From the NCBI RefSeq assembly GCF_032854445.1, contig NC_088295.1, positions 28,756,498-28,820,497 of the forward strand: a DNA stretch of 64,000 nucleotides, written 5' to 3'. Positions 10,762 through 21,531 of this stretch are shown piece by piece. The DNA is from Liolophura sinensis. Taxonomy: Eukaryota. The position numbers were made by a program, and so were the translations under genes. The notes beneath the pieces are model-generated. The model saw nothing but the letters and a program-made list of their open reading frames with translations, had not been told where the DNA came from and did no database searches. Position 1 is the stretch's first letter. Each line of letters begins with the position of its first letter.

Positions 10762-10957
10762 ATATGAAGATGATGATTTGACAGACGTCCGAAGCAATCA
10801 CCTGCGACCTCGTGCTAAGACAATGGTAAAGCTGAGCGATGTGGAAATCGGCCAGAAATTGATGGTAAACTATAACTACGATGAGCCGGATCAAAGAGGT
10901 TATTGGTATGACTGCGTGGTCACAGGTAAACGTGATACACGCACCATCAAGGGAGGC
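10762..10957 (+). CDS. UHRF1: UHRF1 exon 5 (second Tudor domain). The 3' boundary is unresolved. The reading frame hits TGA at 10958-10960 with no canonical in-phase donor.
   Basis: The acceptor is ggcAG|A. The translation is (G)YEDDDLTDVRSNHLRPRAKTMVKLSDVEIGQKLMVNYNYDEPDQRGYWYDCVVTGKRDTRTIKGG*. This matches vertebrate [73 protein letters not shown] at 10926 is a donor-like sequence, but it lies inside the conserved coding run and is in the wrong phase for exon 6. Confidence 0.5.
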
Positions 10958-11216
10958 TGACCGGCACGGTTTTTTTAGGGTAGGCTGTAGTGTGTGTTCT
11001 GATGTGTGGAATTTTATAATAGATTAATACAAGCATTAAACATTGATTTCTTAGGTGTTTTAATAGAATGATTTTGCTGATTTTTATTTCCAATCTGGAC
11101 AACCATAAATAATTTCAGGCTGTCTCTCTGAGACAACTCAAACATGTCATAAGTTCAAGTTTAAATTTTAAATTCGTTCAAATTCCATCAAGATGTTTTC
11201 CCACATTAATTTCCAG

Positions 11217-11344
11217 AAAAGATCTGATGCCTCTGGAGAACTGTAAGATACTGTTTGTGTATGAGCTGTTCAAGATTGAGAAGGTTGGAGCGCAGATTAA
11301 CCAGTCTGATATTGACAAGGACCCCAGCGCGTCACCTGTCAAGC
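11217..11344 (+). CDS. UHRF1: UHRF1 exon 6 (end of the tandem Tudor plus linker): (x)KDLMPLENCKILFVYELFKIEKVGAQINQSDIDKDPSASPVK
   Basis: The acceptor is aatttccAG and the donor is C|GTAAGT. It ends in phase 1, which pairs correctly with exon 7. It matches vertebrate [38 protein letters not shown]. Confidence 0.75.
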
Positions 11345-11641
11345 GTAAGTCAGACTGCGAGCAGGTTTGCAGACTAAGATGGTTGTTAACATAAACTCTG
11401 GCTGCAGGATTTGGTGTATTTAGATGTATGCTTTGGTGAATATTTTGTCCTTCATATAGCTGCATTAAATATGAATTTGAGACACATGAAATATTTTATG
11501 TCCAAAAGTCATATGGTGTCAAACATGAGTTATCTCCCCTTATGTTTATGGCCCAGGTCAAAAGTAAATTAGGGAATAATTCTAGATGTTGAGACAAAGT
11601 ATTGGCTGTCAAAATGATGATAATCTGGTCTTATTTTACAG

Positions 11642-11828
11642 GTCAGAACAAGCCTGAGTGTGACCATTGCCTTGACAACCCACGCAGGAAGTGTAAGTTC
11701 TGTGCATGTAACATTTGTGGGGGTAAAGATGACCCTGGGTCACAGATCTTGTGCGACGAGTGTGACATGGCCTACCATCTCCAGTGTCTGGATCCCCCAC
11801 TGGAAAAGATCCCGGAAGAGGATGAGTG
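11642..11828 (+). CDS. UHRF1: UHRF1 exon 7 (PHD finger): [63 protein letters not shown]
   Basis: The acceptor is ttttacAG and the donor is TG|GTATGT. It matches vertebrate [61 protein letters not shown], including all of the PHD Cys/His ligands. Confidence 0.88.
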
Positions 11829-11852
11829 GTATGTGGCTTAAAATGGTTGAAT

Positions 11853-12008
11853 GTGGCCGTACGTGGGAAGGTCATTCAGCGACCTGTGGATGGTCATGGG
11901 TATCCCCCGGGCTCTGCCCGGTTTCCTCCCACCATAATGCTGGCAGCCGTTATATAAGTGAAATATTCTTGAGTATGCCGTAAAACACCAACCAAATAAA
12001 TAAATTAA
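11853..12008 (+). mobile_element. SINE, 5'-truncated. Its 5' end lies 24 bp downstream of the UHRF1 exon 7 donor.
   Basis: The sequence is gtggccgtacgtgggaaggtcattcagcgacctgtggatggtcatgggt...tataagtgaaatattcttgagtatgccgtaaaacaccaaccaaataaataaattaaat. Confidence 0.8.
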
Positions 12009-12813
12009 ATTGTTGACATTCCAGTACACCCTTTCAGTTGTAGAAACCATTAAGTTACTTTGTCCCTGAGAGGGTGAACTGTAAACTGAAAGATTGCAAG
12101 CTACCAAAATGATATCATTATGTCTTATCCAAGCCCTGTCCAAATACTGAATAGCCTTGAAAGAAACATAGACACTCAGTCCTTGAAAGTCCTTGAAAAG
12201 ACTTTTCTTTCAAAAGTTTGGACTTAGGTCTATGAATCTGTTCACCTAGTGAAAACTTTTCAGCCAATAAATGACTTATTTGTTTGAATTTCAAGTTAAA
12301 TGATAGGGTTGTACTTAAATGTCAAGTCATATGGCTTTTGGTTCTGTGAAAGTCTTTAACACTGGCTCTAGATTTTATCCATAATGTTGGAAAGACCGAT
12401 ACCTGTTGGGTGGTGTCATTTAGTGTCTGCGTGAATTTTTCCCCTCATAACAGTAGAAAACCATTGTTTGATGAAGAACTGTGATAGGAATGAGACTTTA
12501 ACCTAAACAGTTTCCTTCAGTTGATGTCTCTCATGTTCAGGTATTAAATTAAACCAGTGGGAAATAGCCAGTGATCTGTGTTTCACTGAGAAGGACTAAT
12601 TGTCTCCCTATCCATTTGCTGATCTCTCTGTTAGAGGGGACACCTTATTTTACCTCTCTTAAAAACTGTACAGGCATTAGTTATTGTAGTTACCCATGCT
12701 TGATAAGTAATAAATTATTGCTGGCAAACCTATCTAAAAAGTTTACCAAGCATATGCATTGATCATGTGTATGAATAAATATAAGGAATATTGGTAATGC
12801 ACATGAATTGCAG

Positions 12814-12937
12814 GTACTGCCCGACGTGTAAGAATGATACCAGTCAAGTGGTTAAGGCCGGAGAAAAACTGAAAGAAAGTAAGAAGAAGTCCAAGATGGC
12901 ATCGGCTACAGCAACCACGAGTAGAGATTGGGGAAAG
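12814..12937 (+). CDS. UHRF1: UHRF1 exon 8 (end of the PHD plus a basic linker): (W)[41 protein letters not shown]
   Basis: The acceptor is aattgcAG and the donor is AAG|GTATGT. It matches vertebrate [41 protein letters not shown]. Confidence 0.88.
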
Positions 12938-13283
12938 GTATGTGGTGAAGGTCGTGACATGACCCTATCATTGAGGAACTCAAGAGCATTAAAATACGTG
13001 CAGTAAGACGACTTTTCGTAATGTGTCCTGATAGAGGAAGAGAACTGAGAAGTAGCATTTTGTTTTGTTTCCAAGGAGAACTCTTATGGACGATTTATGG
13101 GGACGGTCTTGTGTATGCTGTAATATCGAATAATTAGCACTGTCAGCTGAGGTAAGGGGAGATAATCGTGTATTGAACTTTTGCAACAATTGATTTGTGG
13201 CTTGGACAAGGAGTAGTACTTTAAAGTGACATGATTGTTGTTGTGCAAGAAACAGAAAAGTACAGGGTTTACATCCTTTGCAG

Positions 13284-13389
13284 GGTATGGCATGTGTCGG
13301 AAGAACCAAGAGTGTAGAATTGTGCCTCCAAACCATTTTGGTCCTATCCCTGGTGTTGAAGTGGGAACGCAGTGAAGTTCAGAGTACAG
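13284..13389 (+). CDS. UHRF1: UHRF1 exon 9 (start of the SRA/YDG domain). It is 106 nt long (the vertebrate orthologue's 36 residues predict 108) and carries two internal 1-bp frameshifts.
   Basis: The acceptor is cctttgcAG and the donor is CAG|GTGATC. Frame 0 gives GMACVGRTK. Frame +2 gives ECRIVPPNHFGPIPGVEVGT. Frame +1 gives VKFRVQ. Together these rebuild vertebrate [36 protein letters not shown], but only across three reading frames. Confidence 0.7.
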
Positions 13390-13912
13390 GTGATCTATAA
13401 CTGCGGAAGGATTTATAAGCAGAGCTTTGTTGTTTGGTAAACTTGGCTTTGACTCATTTGGAGGCCGAAAAGATCTTCACAGGTCGTGAATTCTGACCTC
13501 AGACTAAGGTGGTAATATCATTTGATGAATCACTCCCACTGTTGAGATCATTCGTTTGAACAAGAGCAGAAAATCTTAATTAATTCAACCCAACTGTTGC
13601 GTTGGGCCCTAAATGCTTATGCATGCTAAATTAATGATGAAACTGGTGTTTCTCTCCATTCATGACTTGCGTTGATTCCTTTCAAAGCCTTATGGCCCTC
13701 AGCTACTGGAAGCAAGAACCAGTGGAGTCAAGTCTAAACACCGATGGGTGCAGGGTTTTGCATGCCTTATGTTGTGCCTTTGTTGAGAAGTTCCAGTGAC
13801 AAGGAAAGGATTTCTAGCATTGTGGGATCTTAAAGGATTTAGAATTTCATGGCTGAAACAGATTGTACTTGTGAGATTGTAAATATGTGACATTTTGACT
13901 GTTTTGTTCCAG

Positions 13913-14017
13913 GCGAGTGAGGCAGGGATTCATCGCCCGCATGTGGCGGGAATACATGGACGTGAGGAAGAAGGGGCGTACTCTATCGTCCTGTCTGGGG
14001 GCTATGAGGATGATGTG
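13913..14017 (+). CDS. UHRF1: UHRF1 exon 10 (SRA): [35 protein letters not shown]
   Basis: The acceptor is ttgttccAG and the donor is GTG|GTAAAT. It matches vertebrate [35 protein letters not shown]. Confidence 0.9.
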
Positions 14018-14505
14018 GTAAATGCAACTTTTCAGATTCAAATTGAAGCATTGATAGTGGTACTGGAAACGAATTTGTTTTATCTAAAGATGACCTGGTG
14101 TTTAAGTTGTTATGTTAAGTCATGGCCATTCGTGCATAAAACCGTCCTAGTGCTAAGTGTAACTATCATGGCAGTGTCATGTATTTACTACTAGTTGCTA
14201 TTTGTATGATTTTATTACTATAAGGGCATCATGAAACTGACCCTTGGCACTTGCAGTGGATTGTTTGGTACGCTGTTTTCTTGAAACACTGTCTTTATGT
14301 CGGACAGTCTTTTGTATTACACAATAATCCAGTTAGTGTTAATGTGGCTAGTGTTATCCGATTCTGCATTGATTCCCAATAAAGTCACAGTTTAGTTTCA
14401 GCTTCAGTTTACACGCTCAGTTACTGTCTTGAAACACTTTATGTGATCGATTATCATTTGTTGAAAGTGTTCAAAGCTGTTATCAAGACAGTTGTTTTTG
14501 TGCAG

Positions 14506-14612
14506 GATCGAGGGGATGAATTTACATACACTGGAAGTGGCGGCCGTGATTTGTCAGGAAATAAGCGAACAGCTGAACAGTCATGTGACCAGAAACTGAC
14601 GCGCATGAACAG
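14506..14612 (+). CDS. UHRF1: UHRF1 exon 11 (SRA): [35 protein letters not shown](R)
   Basis: The acceptor is ttgtgcAG and the donor is AG|GTAATA. It ends in phase 2. It matches vertebrate [36 protein letters not shown]. Confidence 0.9.
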
Positions 14613-14799
14613 GTAATAAATATGTGCACTGGTAAAAATTACTTTACAAGATAATATATATTTATCATTTAAATAAAATTACATTACAAGAACATACAAA
14701 ACATTTCTTTGCAAAGTGAAAAAAAAAGCTGATAATTTTGAAGAAAGTTTACCTTCACATAGAATCAGGCGAAATTTTTCAGCACGCTTTTGTTTACAG

Positions 14800-14962
14800 A
14801 GCGCTAGCGAAAAATTGCAACGCTCCTCTAGATTCAAAAACTGGAACAGAGGCGAAGGACTGGAAGGGGGGTAAACCTGTTCGGGTAGTGCGCAACTGTA
14901 AAGGTCGAAAACACTCCAAGTATGCCCCAGAGGAAGGGAACCGATATGACGGAATATATAAG
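14800..14962 (+). CDS. UHRF1: UHRF1 exon 12 (SRA, with the NRYDGIYK motif): (R)[54 protein letters not shown]
   Basis: The acceptor is tgtttacAG and the donor is AAG|GTGGGT. It matches vertebrate [55 protein letters not shown]. Confidence 0.9.
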
Positions 14963-16624
14963 GTGGGTTTGTTTGGTGAAAATCAAATACCTTTCTAGTG
15001 TGATCATTAACCAAGAAGGAGAACATTACAATTTCCTCATATATGGAGGACCTGGATTCATTTGTGAGAAGATCATTTGTATGATTTGAAAATTTACACT
15101 CTTGTGTACTGTCTCGCAGGTAACAAGGATAGGTAAAATAGATAATCTTCCTCTACCTGCTTTCATAGAAGTGAAATGTTTTTTCTTACTGTGTATAATA
15201 TCAGATAAATTCATCACATCTCTGTAGATGGCTGAAACATGCAGGGCTTCCGCTGGGGCTCGCCATGGTCGCCAGTTGCGAATAAAAATTTGGATTGGCA
15301 ATAAAATCAGGGAAATGGCAAAAGTTTCTGGCGACAAAATTATTTACTCGAGAATATATACTGGCTATTGAGGAGGTGGAAATGGCCACAGTGTGAAGAC
15401 TCACAATGCACATGGCCATGTGTTGTTCTTCTCTTTTTTGACGGAAATAATGGGTTGGTGAACGTCATCACAGTTTCATATAAACCACGTGTGTTTATTT
15501 TATTCACTTTTTTTAAGCAAGCATCACATCCATTTTTTAAAATTATGTAAAAAAAGAAACGGTATCTGAGCTTCTGCTGGTGCTTGCCATTGTCGCAAAT
15601 TTAGAACGATTTTTTGAGATGGCGGTAAAAATCGAAAATATGTTTAATGTTTTTGTTGATGAATTTATTTACAAAGAAAATGTGCTAATGTTATACACAA
15701 AATACCTGGCGAAGTTTTCCTGGTATTTTTCAGGCATGAGAGTTTTCTGTGGTTTTGTGCGTATTCTCGCTATTTTTCTGATGAAAACAATCAATTTACT
15801 TTTATTTCAAACGGCTTCATTTCAGCGGAACAACAACAACAACATAGTCAGGGCGATTTTAATAGACAGAAATCTACAAAGAGGGTTCCGCATTCTTGGA
15901 AGTTGACTTACATTGGATAGCGCTTGAAAATCGTTTTTATTAACTAATGAGCGAGAATCATGGCATTTTTGGGGATGCTATTAAGGGAGATAAATATAGG
16001 TAGTGTTAGGCGTGTAAATGAAGTTACCTCCCTTGAAAACCTTAACCCTTCCACCCATGAACTAAATTTATGAATTTATTTTGTAACAAATATCTCTGGT
16101 AAAGGAAACATTTACTACAACCCTACACAGATTAATTGAAAAAATTTGCTGATTTTTTCAAAAAACAAAAACACTCGGGCATTATTTTGAGGGCATTTTG
16201 TTTTAAATATGGCATGGGATAAACTCCAGGTATAGCTGGAAGACACCAATCTGACTAGCAGCTATACCATGGCAGATAAAAACGAATTACAGATGGAGAC
16301 CACCAAGAGTCCTAACTACTGCTCCCATTCAGTCAATTGAAGATCACAAAGATTACGTCAAGGTCGCTTAGTATGGCTAAAGAAAAATTGTATTGGCTAC
16401 AAAATCTGATGAGTGGCTCAAGTGACTGGCTAAAAAAAATACTTAGACTAAATAGAGGAAACCCTGAACATGTGAAAGAAATACACGTGCATAAGAAAGA
16501 CTCGGGCTTTGTAAACTGGGCTTAGTTCTGATTGGTTTTATTTTGTGTCTGCTCACAATCAGAGTGATTACACAGAGTTGTTGATTTGCTATTTGTAACC
16601 AGTATTTATAACCTTTGTTTGAAG

Positions 16625-16762
16625 ATTGTGAAATACTGGGCAGAGAAAGGAAAATCTGGTTTCCTGGTATGGAGATATCTGCTGAGGAGAGATGACCCTA
16701 GCCCAGCTCCATGGACAAAAGCTGGCAAAATCAGGTCTGCAGAACTAGGTCTGGAAATGCAG
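16625..16762 (+). CDS. UHRF1: UHRF1 exon 13 (SRA C-terminus): [46 protein letters not shown]
   Basis: The acceptor is tttgaAG and the donor is CAG|GTAAAT. It matches vertebrate [46 protein letters not shown]. Confidence 0.9.
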
Positions 16763-17039
16763 GTAAATGCTTGTGGTGTGAAGTGTATTGTTTATGCACG
16801 GAGTTTTTTTTTTTCTGGTTCAGATTGAGTTTATTTATGTTTTAAACACTGACTATAACCAGGTATTGAGTTCAGTTCCGCTTTGGCGACTGGTAATTTT
16901 GTTAACGTGAAGTATGTACTATATACCGATATATATTAGAGAGAAAGTTCAGTTTCATTTGAGGTTCATTTCTGATCATGATTTTATTGTTGGTACACAA
17001 TTATACGTCAGGTATATTACCCTGATATAGATTGTATAA

Positions 17040-17330
17040 TAAAACAGATATTAACCATGGTGATGCATGTTCACTTGTTGGTTGTTATGATAAAGGGAAG
17101 AAAGGAACTAACAAACATTACATCGAAAGTAAACATGTGCAAAATATAGAGATAAGGCTTATCCTGCTCAGAGGTATATAATTAAACAGTTATAAACCAT
17201 GCATGTGAAATTGCTGGTTGTTAAAAATATTTGAAGAAAGGAACTAACAAATATCACATAAAAAATAAACATGTATAGGCCAAGAAACACAGAAGAGAAG
17301 GCTTACTCTGATCAGAGGTACATACTGTAA
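17040..17330. repeat. Tandem duplication of a roughly 140-bp segment (two diverged copies) in UHRF1 intron 13
   Basis: The string gttataaaccatg...gaagaaaggaactaacaaa[c/t]at[t/c]aca...aaacatgt...aggcttaYcctgNtcagaggta recurs at about 17040-17180 and about 17180-17330. Confidence 0.55.
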
Positions 17331-18680
17331 AGTATTTATTATTCGCTGGAATTCATATTCGCGGATTTACTTCAAAGATGGTTTCACAGAAATTAAGTTT
17401 CGTCAAATTAAAAAGGAAATACTGAAAAAAAAAAAAATCTTAAAACTGTTTAATTTCCACAGATATAATACGGTTGAAATTACTCAAGCATGTAAAACAG
17501 GTATTATGAGGTGGCTATGTAATCCACTTTTATTTCTTGTGGTTTTGATAATCCTCGTAATCTGGATCAGAAATTAAAACAACGGGGAATTTATCATCAC
17601 TATTTAAGATGATGACATTTGCACCTACCGTGAGCAGTATTCGAAGCCTAATATGTGTCAGTCATTTGTTTTCGGTTCGGCCTTTCACTGTTGACCTTTA
17701 ATCAACTGGCAAAGTGACCTGTAATCTTTTGAGCAGTTCAACGTAAGACACACAAATTTGCCATTATGGGAGCCAGTCATTCACACAGTCAAGCAAGACG
17801 ATTAGTTTTCGATTGTTTTAATCCTGTGTAGCTAGAAATCGCTAACATTGCGTATTTGTCATAAGGCCATTGTGTTGTATACAGTTCATAACTTGTTAGA
17901 AGCTCACTCATTGGTCCACAGGAGACACTACCAATGGATTATCGTGTACCAGTGCGACATTCTTTGGAAGCCAGCATGTGTTGTATCTACTTTTCTTTCA
18001 CTTTCTTGGCATGCCGAAGATTGATCAGACTAAATACACATGGACTCCCACTTCGTTTTATACCCGCTAAACATTATCACCATAGTTTGAATATATTAAA
18101 AGCCTACTTTTAATTTAATTACAGCCAATACACACGTGGCCACTTTGGCTTGTCACAGATGGCAGCTGTCTGCAATTGATATAGACCTCTCATCGCTACG
18201 CAAATATTTTCGAATGCAATTCAGTTCTTATCTAAAAATTTGAGTATTTGTACCAGAAAAACTCAGAATTGAATTTTTTTTTACCCTAGTTTTCAGTTTT
18301 TAACTGAATTTTCCCTCCGAATACCAGGGTAAAAAATCAACACGTATGAATCCCTCTCATGATACCTCGATGGCATGAAGTGAGTTTATTGTATTTGTTG
18401 TCTTTGTGTACATTCATAGGATAAGAACATTGGTTTCTTTTGTGCAAAGGTCAGTATGTAGGTATAAGGCTATCTCAACTTTACCTGGCGTCATATAATT
18501 GAAATATTGAGTATGGTGAAAAACACCAACCGATCAGATTTCAATTTTCCAGGTGATCTTACTATAACATTTTGAGGAATATCACACTTTTTCTTACTAG
18601 AAAGTGTGATGCTAATCACTGTGTAGTACAGGTCTGTTTTCGTCTTTACTTAACTGATACTGAAATCATTCTTTCTCCAG

Positions 18681-18777
18681 TATCCAGAAGGCTATCTCGA
18701 ATCTCAAAAGGAGAAACAGGAAAACCTGGAAAGTGCTAAGAAGGGGAAAGGAAGGAAGAGAAAATGTTCAGAATCGG
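18681..18777 (+). CDS. UHRF1: UHRF1 exon 14 (linker): YPEGYLESQKEKQENLESAKKGKGRKRKCSES(D)
   Basis: The acceptor is ctttctccAG and the donor is G|GTAATG. It ends in phase 1. YPEGYLE equals vertebrate YPEGYLEA, and it is followed by a basic K/R-rich linker as in vertebrates. Confidence 0.8.
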
Positions 18778-18952
18778 GTAATGTTAAGATTTTACTCTTA
18801 ATTTATAGTGAAAAAAGGCATCGTTGATTCATAATGTAAAATTTGAGGGGAATTTTGGGCAATATGGGTAAATTGCACTAATCAGTTTCAGTCCTATGCC
18901 TTTAAATGGACTTGGTTGCAACTGTTTGAGTGTAGCTCATTCTGATGCAACT

Positions 18953-20428
18953 TACTGGTAGTGACTAGCAAAGAGTAAGGTAGATATTGGAAACTGTGTT
19001 GTCGCACAAACTCTCTGGTAGTGACTGGCAAAGATTAAGGTAGATATTGGAAACTGTTGTTGTCACACAAACTTTCTGGTAGTGACTAGCAAGGAGTAGG
19101 GGAAATATTGGAAACTGTTGTCGCACAAACTCTCTGGTAGTGACTAGCAAAGATTAAGGTAGATATTGGAAACTGTTGTCACACAAACTCTCTGGTAGTG
19201 ACTGGCAAAGAGTAAGGTTGATATTGGAAACTGTGTTGTCACACAAACTCTCTGGTAGTGACTAGCAAAGAGTAAGGTTGATATTGGAAACTGTGTTGTC
19301 ACACAAACTCTGGTAGTGACTAGCAAAGAGTAAGGTATATACTGGAAACCGTGTTTTTGCACAAACTCTCTGGTAGTGACTAGCAAATGGTAAGGTAGAT
19401 ATTAGAAACTGTGTTGTCACACAAACTCTCTGGTAGAGAATAGCACAGAGTAAGGTAGATATTGGAAACTGTGTTGTCACACAAACTTTCTGGTAGTGAC
19501 TAGCAAAGAGTAGGGGAAATATTGGAAACTGTGTTGTCACACAAACTCTGGTAGTGACTAGCAAAGAGTAAGGTATATACTGGAAACCGTGTTTTTGCAC
19601 AAACTCTCTGGTAGTGACTAGCAAATGGTAAGGTAGATATTAGAAACTGTGTTGTCACACAAACTCTCTGGTAGAGAATAGCACAGAGTAAGGTAGATAT
19701 TGGAAACTGTTGTCGCACAAACTCTCTGGTAGTGACTAGCAAATGGTAAGGTAGATATTGGGAACTGTGTTGTCACACAAACTCTCTGGTAGTGACTAGC
19801 AAAGAGTAGGGGAAATATTGGAAACTGTTGTCGCACAAACTCTCTGGTAGTGACTAGCAAAGATTAAGGTAGATATTGGAAACTGTGTTGTCACACAAAC
19901 TCTCTGGTAGTGACTAGCAAAGAGTAAGGTATATACTGGAAACCGTGTTTTTGCACAAACCATCTGGTAGTGACTAGCAAATGGTAAGGTAGATATTGGG
20001 AACTGTGTTGTCACACAAACTCTCTGGTAGTGACTAGCAAAGAGTAAGGTATATACTGGAAACCGTGTTTTTGCACAAACTCTCTGGTAGTGACTAGCAA
20101 ATGGTAAGGTAGATATTGGGAACTGTGTTGTCGCACAAACTCTCTGGTAGAGAATAGCACAGAGTAAGGTAGATATTGGAAACTGTGTTGTCACACAAAC
20201 TTTCTGGTAGTGACTAGCAAAGAGTAAGGTATATATTGGAAACCGTGTTTTTGCACAAACCATCTGGTAGTGACTAGCAAATGGTAAGGTAGATATTGGG
20301 AACTGTGTTGTCGCACAAACTCTCTGGTAGAGAATAGCACAGAGTAAGGTAGATATTGGAAACTTGTCACACAAACTTTCTGGTAGTGACTAGCAAAGAG
20401 TATGGTAGATACTATGTTGTGGCACAAA
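18953..20428. repeat. Minisatellite of about 25 units of about 59 bp (ctggtagtgactagcaaagagtaaggtagatattggaaactgtgttgtcacacaaactct), with a higher-order variant pattern. It lies in UHRF1 intron 14.
   Basis: The tandem periodicity can be read directly from the sequence. Unit variants (gtatatactggaaaccgtgtttttgcac, atggtaaggtagatattagaaact, agagaatagcacagag, gtaggggaaatattgg) recur at spacings of about 120, 180, 238 and 355 bp. It is the source of the nested artefactual minus-strand ORFs at 18965-20427. Confidence 0.9.
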
Positions 20429-20571
20429 CTTTCATAAAATTCTTTTTCTGTCCAATGTCAAAAAGAAAAGCTTCACAACAGTATGGCTGAAATATTGCAG
20501 ACTGGCTCTTGTTGAATTTAGTCTGACTGCCTTTAAATTACCTGATCAGTTGTAATATTCTTTCATAACAG

Positions 20572-20717
20572 ATTCATCCCCTCGAAATTCTCCTGGGAAG
20601 AAAGCTAAAGTTGCGGAGTACAAGGTTTCCAAAGAGGTGAAGAAATTCATTCAGGAGGATAAAATGAACAAGAAGGTTTGGGATGAGGCTCTTGCAGTCA
20701 CAAAAGAAGGAGGAAAG
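20572..20717 (+). CDS. UHRF1: UHRF1 exon 15 (basic linker): (D)SSPRNSPGKKAKVAEYKVSKEVKKFIQEDKMNKKVWDEALAVTKEGGK
   Basis: The acceptor is cataacAG and the donor is AAG|GTAGAA. It starts in phase 1, which matches exon 14. It matches vertebrate [48 protein letters not shown]. Confidence 0.8.
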
Positions 20718-21432
20718 GTAGAAATTCCTAGAATGTAACAATTCATGCTTCACTTATCATTTGTCCATCTTTTCACCTAAATTTTCATACCTGACGTCAG
20801 ATTTGACTTCATTGAGTTAGGTTTTGTACTAGGCTCTAAAACCAGGAAATTGACAGTAAGCTTGACCAGACCTGTCAATCACTTGATTGTAGCCTGAGAA
20901 TTATTTTTCTTGATACCCTTAAAATTACATGCTGCATACTTGTGTGGATGAGGAATTGCAGCCAATAAGATCATTTTACATAGCTTGAGATTTGCATTAT
21001 TGTAAAATATTTATTCCAATTAACCTGGAAAAGGTGAATTTTCGGCATGGAAATTGTCTGGAAATTTGAAAATCATCAACGTGTACAAACCTGATTTAAT
21101 GTCAATTTGGGTATATGGTTGTGTCCCATTGGGCAAACTGCATGGATCTATCACTGATTTTATGTTTGAATACCTTCACTTGCAACCTTCACTAAAATGG
21201 TTGTTATACATTGTAAATCTTTTTTAATCATGGGGTCAGTTCTGTGCTGGAACACATCTTTCTTTCAGTCTGAAACAAATTCAGTCTAGTTTACCTTGAA
21301 ACTGGAGTGTCTTCTTAACATCCTGTCTTGTTAGTGTCTGTGATTGTACATAGCTTATTAGTAGGTGGATCACCAGAATTAACATGGAAATCAATGATTT
21401 GAGCAGGTCTAATCTATTTTCTTGTTGACCAG

Positions 21433-21531
21433 GTGTTCTTGGAGAAGGTGGAGGAGCTATTGCTGTGTATTTGCTGTCAGGAGCTAGTGTATAAACCCGT
21501 CACCACAGACTGTCATCACAATATCTGTCTG
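21433..21531 (+). CDS. UHRF1: UHRF1 exon 16 (N-terminal half of the RING finger): [33 protein letters not shown]
   Basis: The acceptor is ttgaccAG and the donor is CTG|GTGAGT. It matches vertebrate [31 protein letters not shown]. Confidence 0.88.

Noticed and set aside
10926-10931. The GTAAAC donor-like sequence inside UHRF1 exon 5, considered as a candidate exon-5 donor
   Set aside because: Using it leaves exon 5 in the wrong phase for the well-supported exon 6 acceptor. It would also place the strongly conserved KRDTRTIK (matching vertebrate KRETRTAR) in the intron. I kept it only as part of the exon-5 anomaly finding.
12989-13336. A 115-aa minus-strand ORF overlapping UHRF1 exon 9
   Set aside because: It is antisense to a UHRF1 exon and intron and shows no homology-like features.
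18965-20427. A family of overlapping minus-strand ORFs of up to 192 aa (repetitive translation ...FASHYQRVCVTTQFPISTL...)
   Set aside because: They lie entirely inside the 59-bp minisatellite. The ORFs are periodic artefacts of a stop-free repeat unit and are not genes.
18953-20428. A regularly spaced repeat array that superficially resembles a CRISPR array. The same applies to 29457-30636 and 33519-34331.
   Set aside because: The sequence is eukaryotic, with spliced genes and SINEs. The units are directly abutting and near-identical, with no unique spacers, and there are no cas genes. These are minisatellites.
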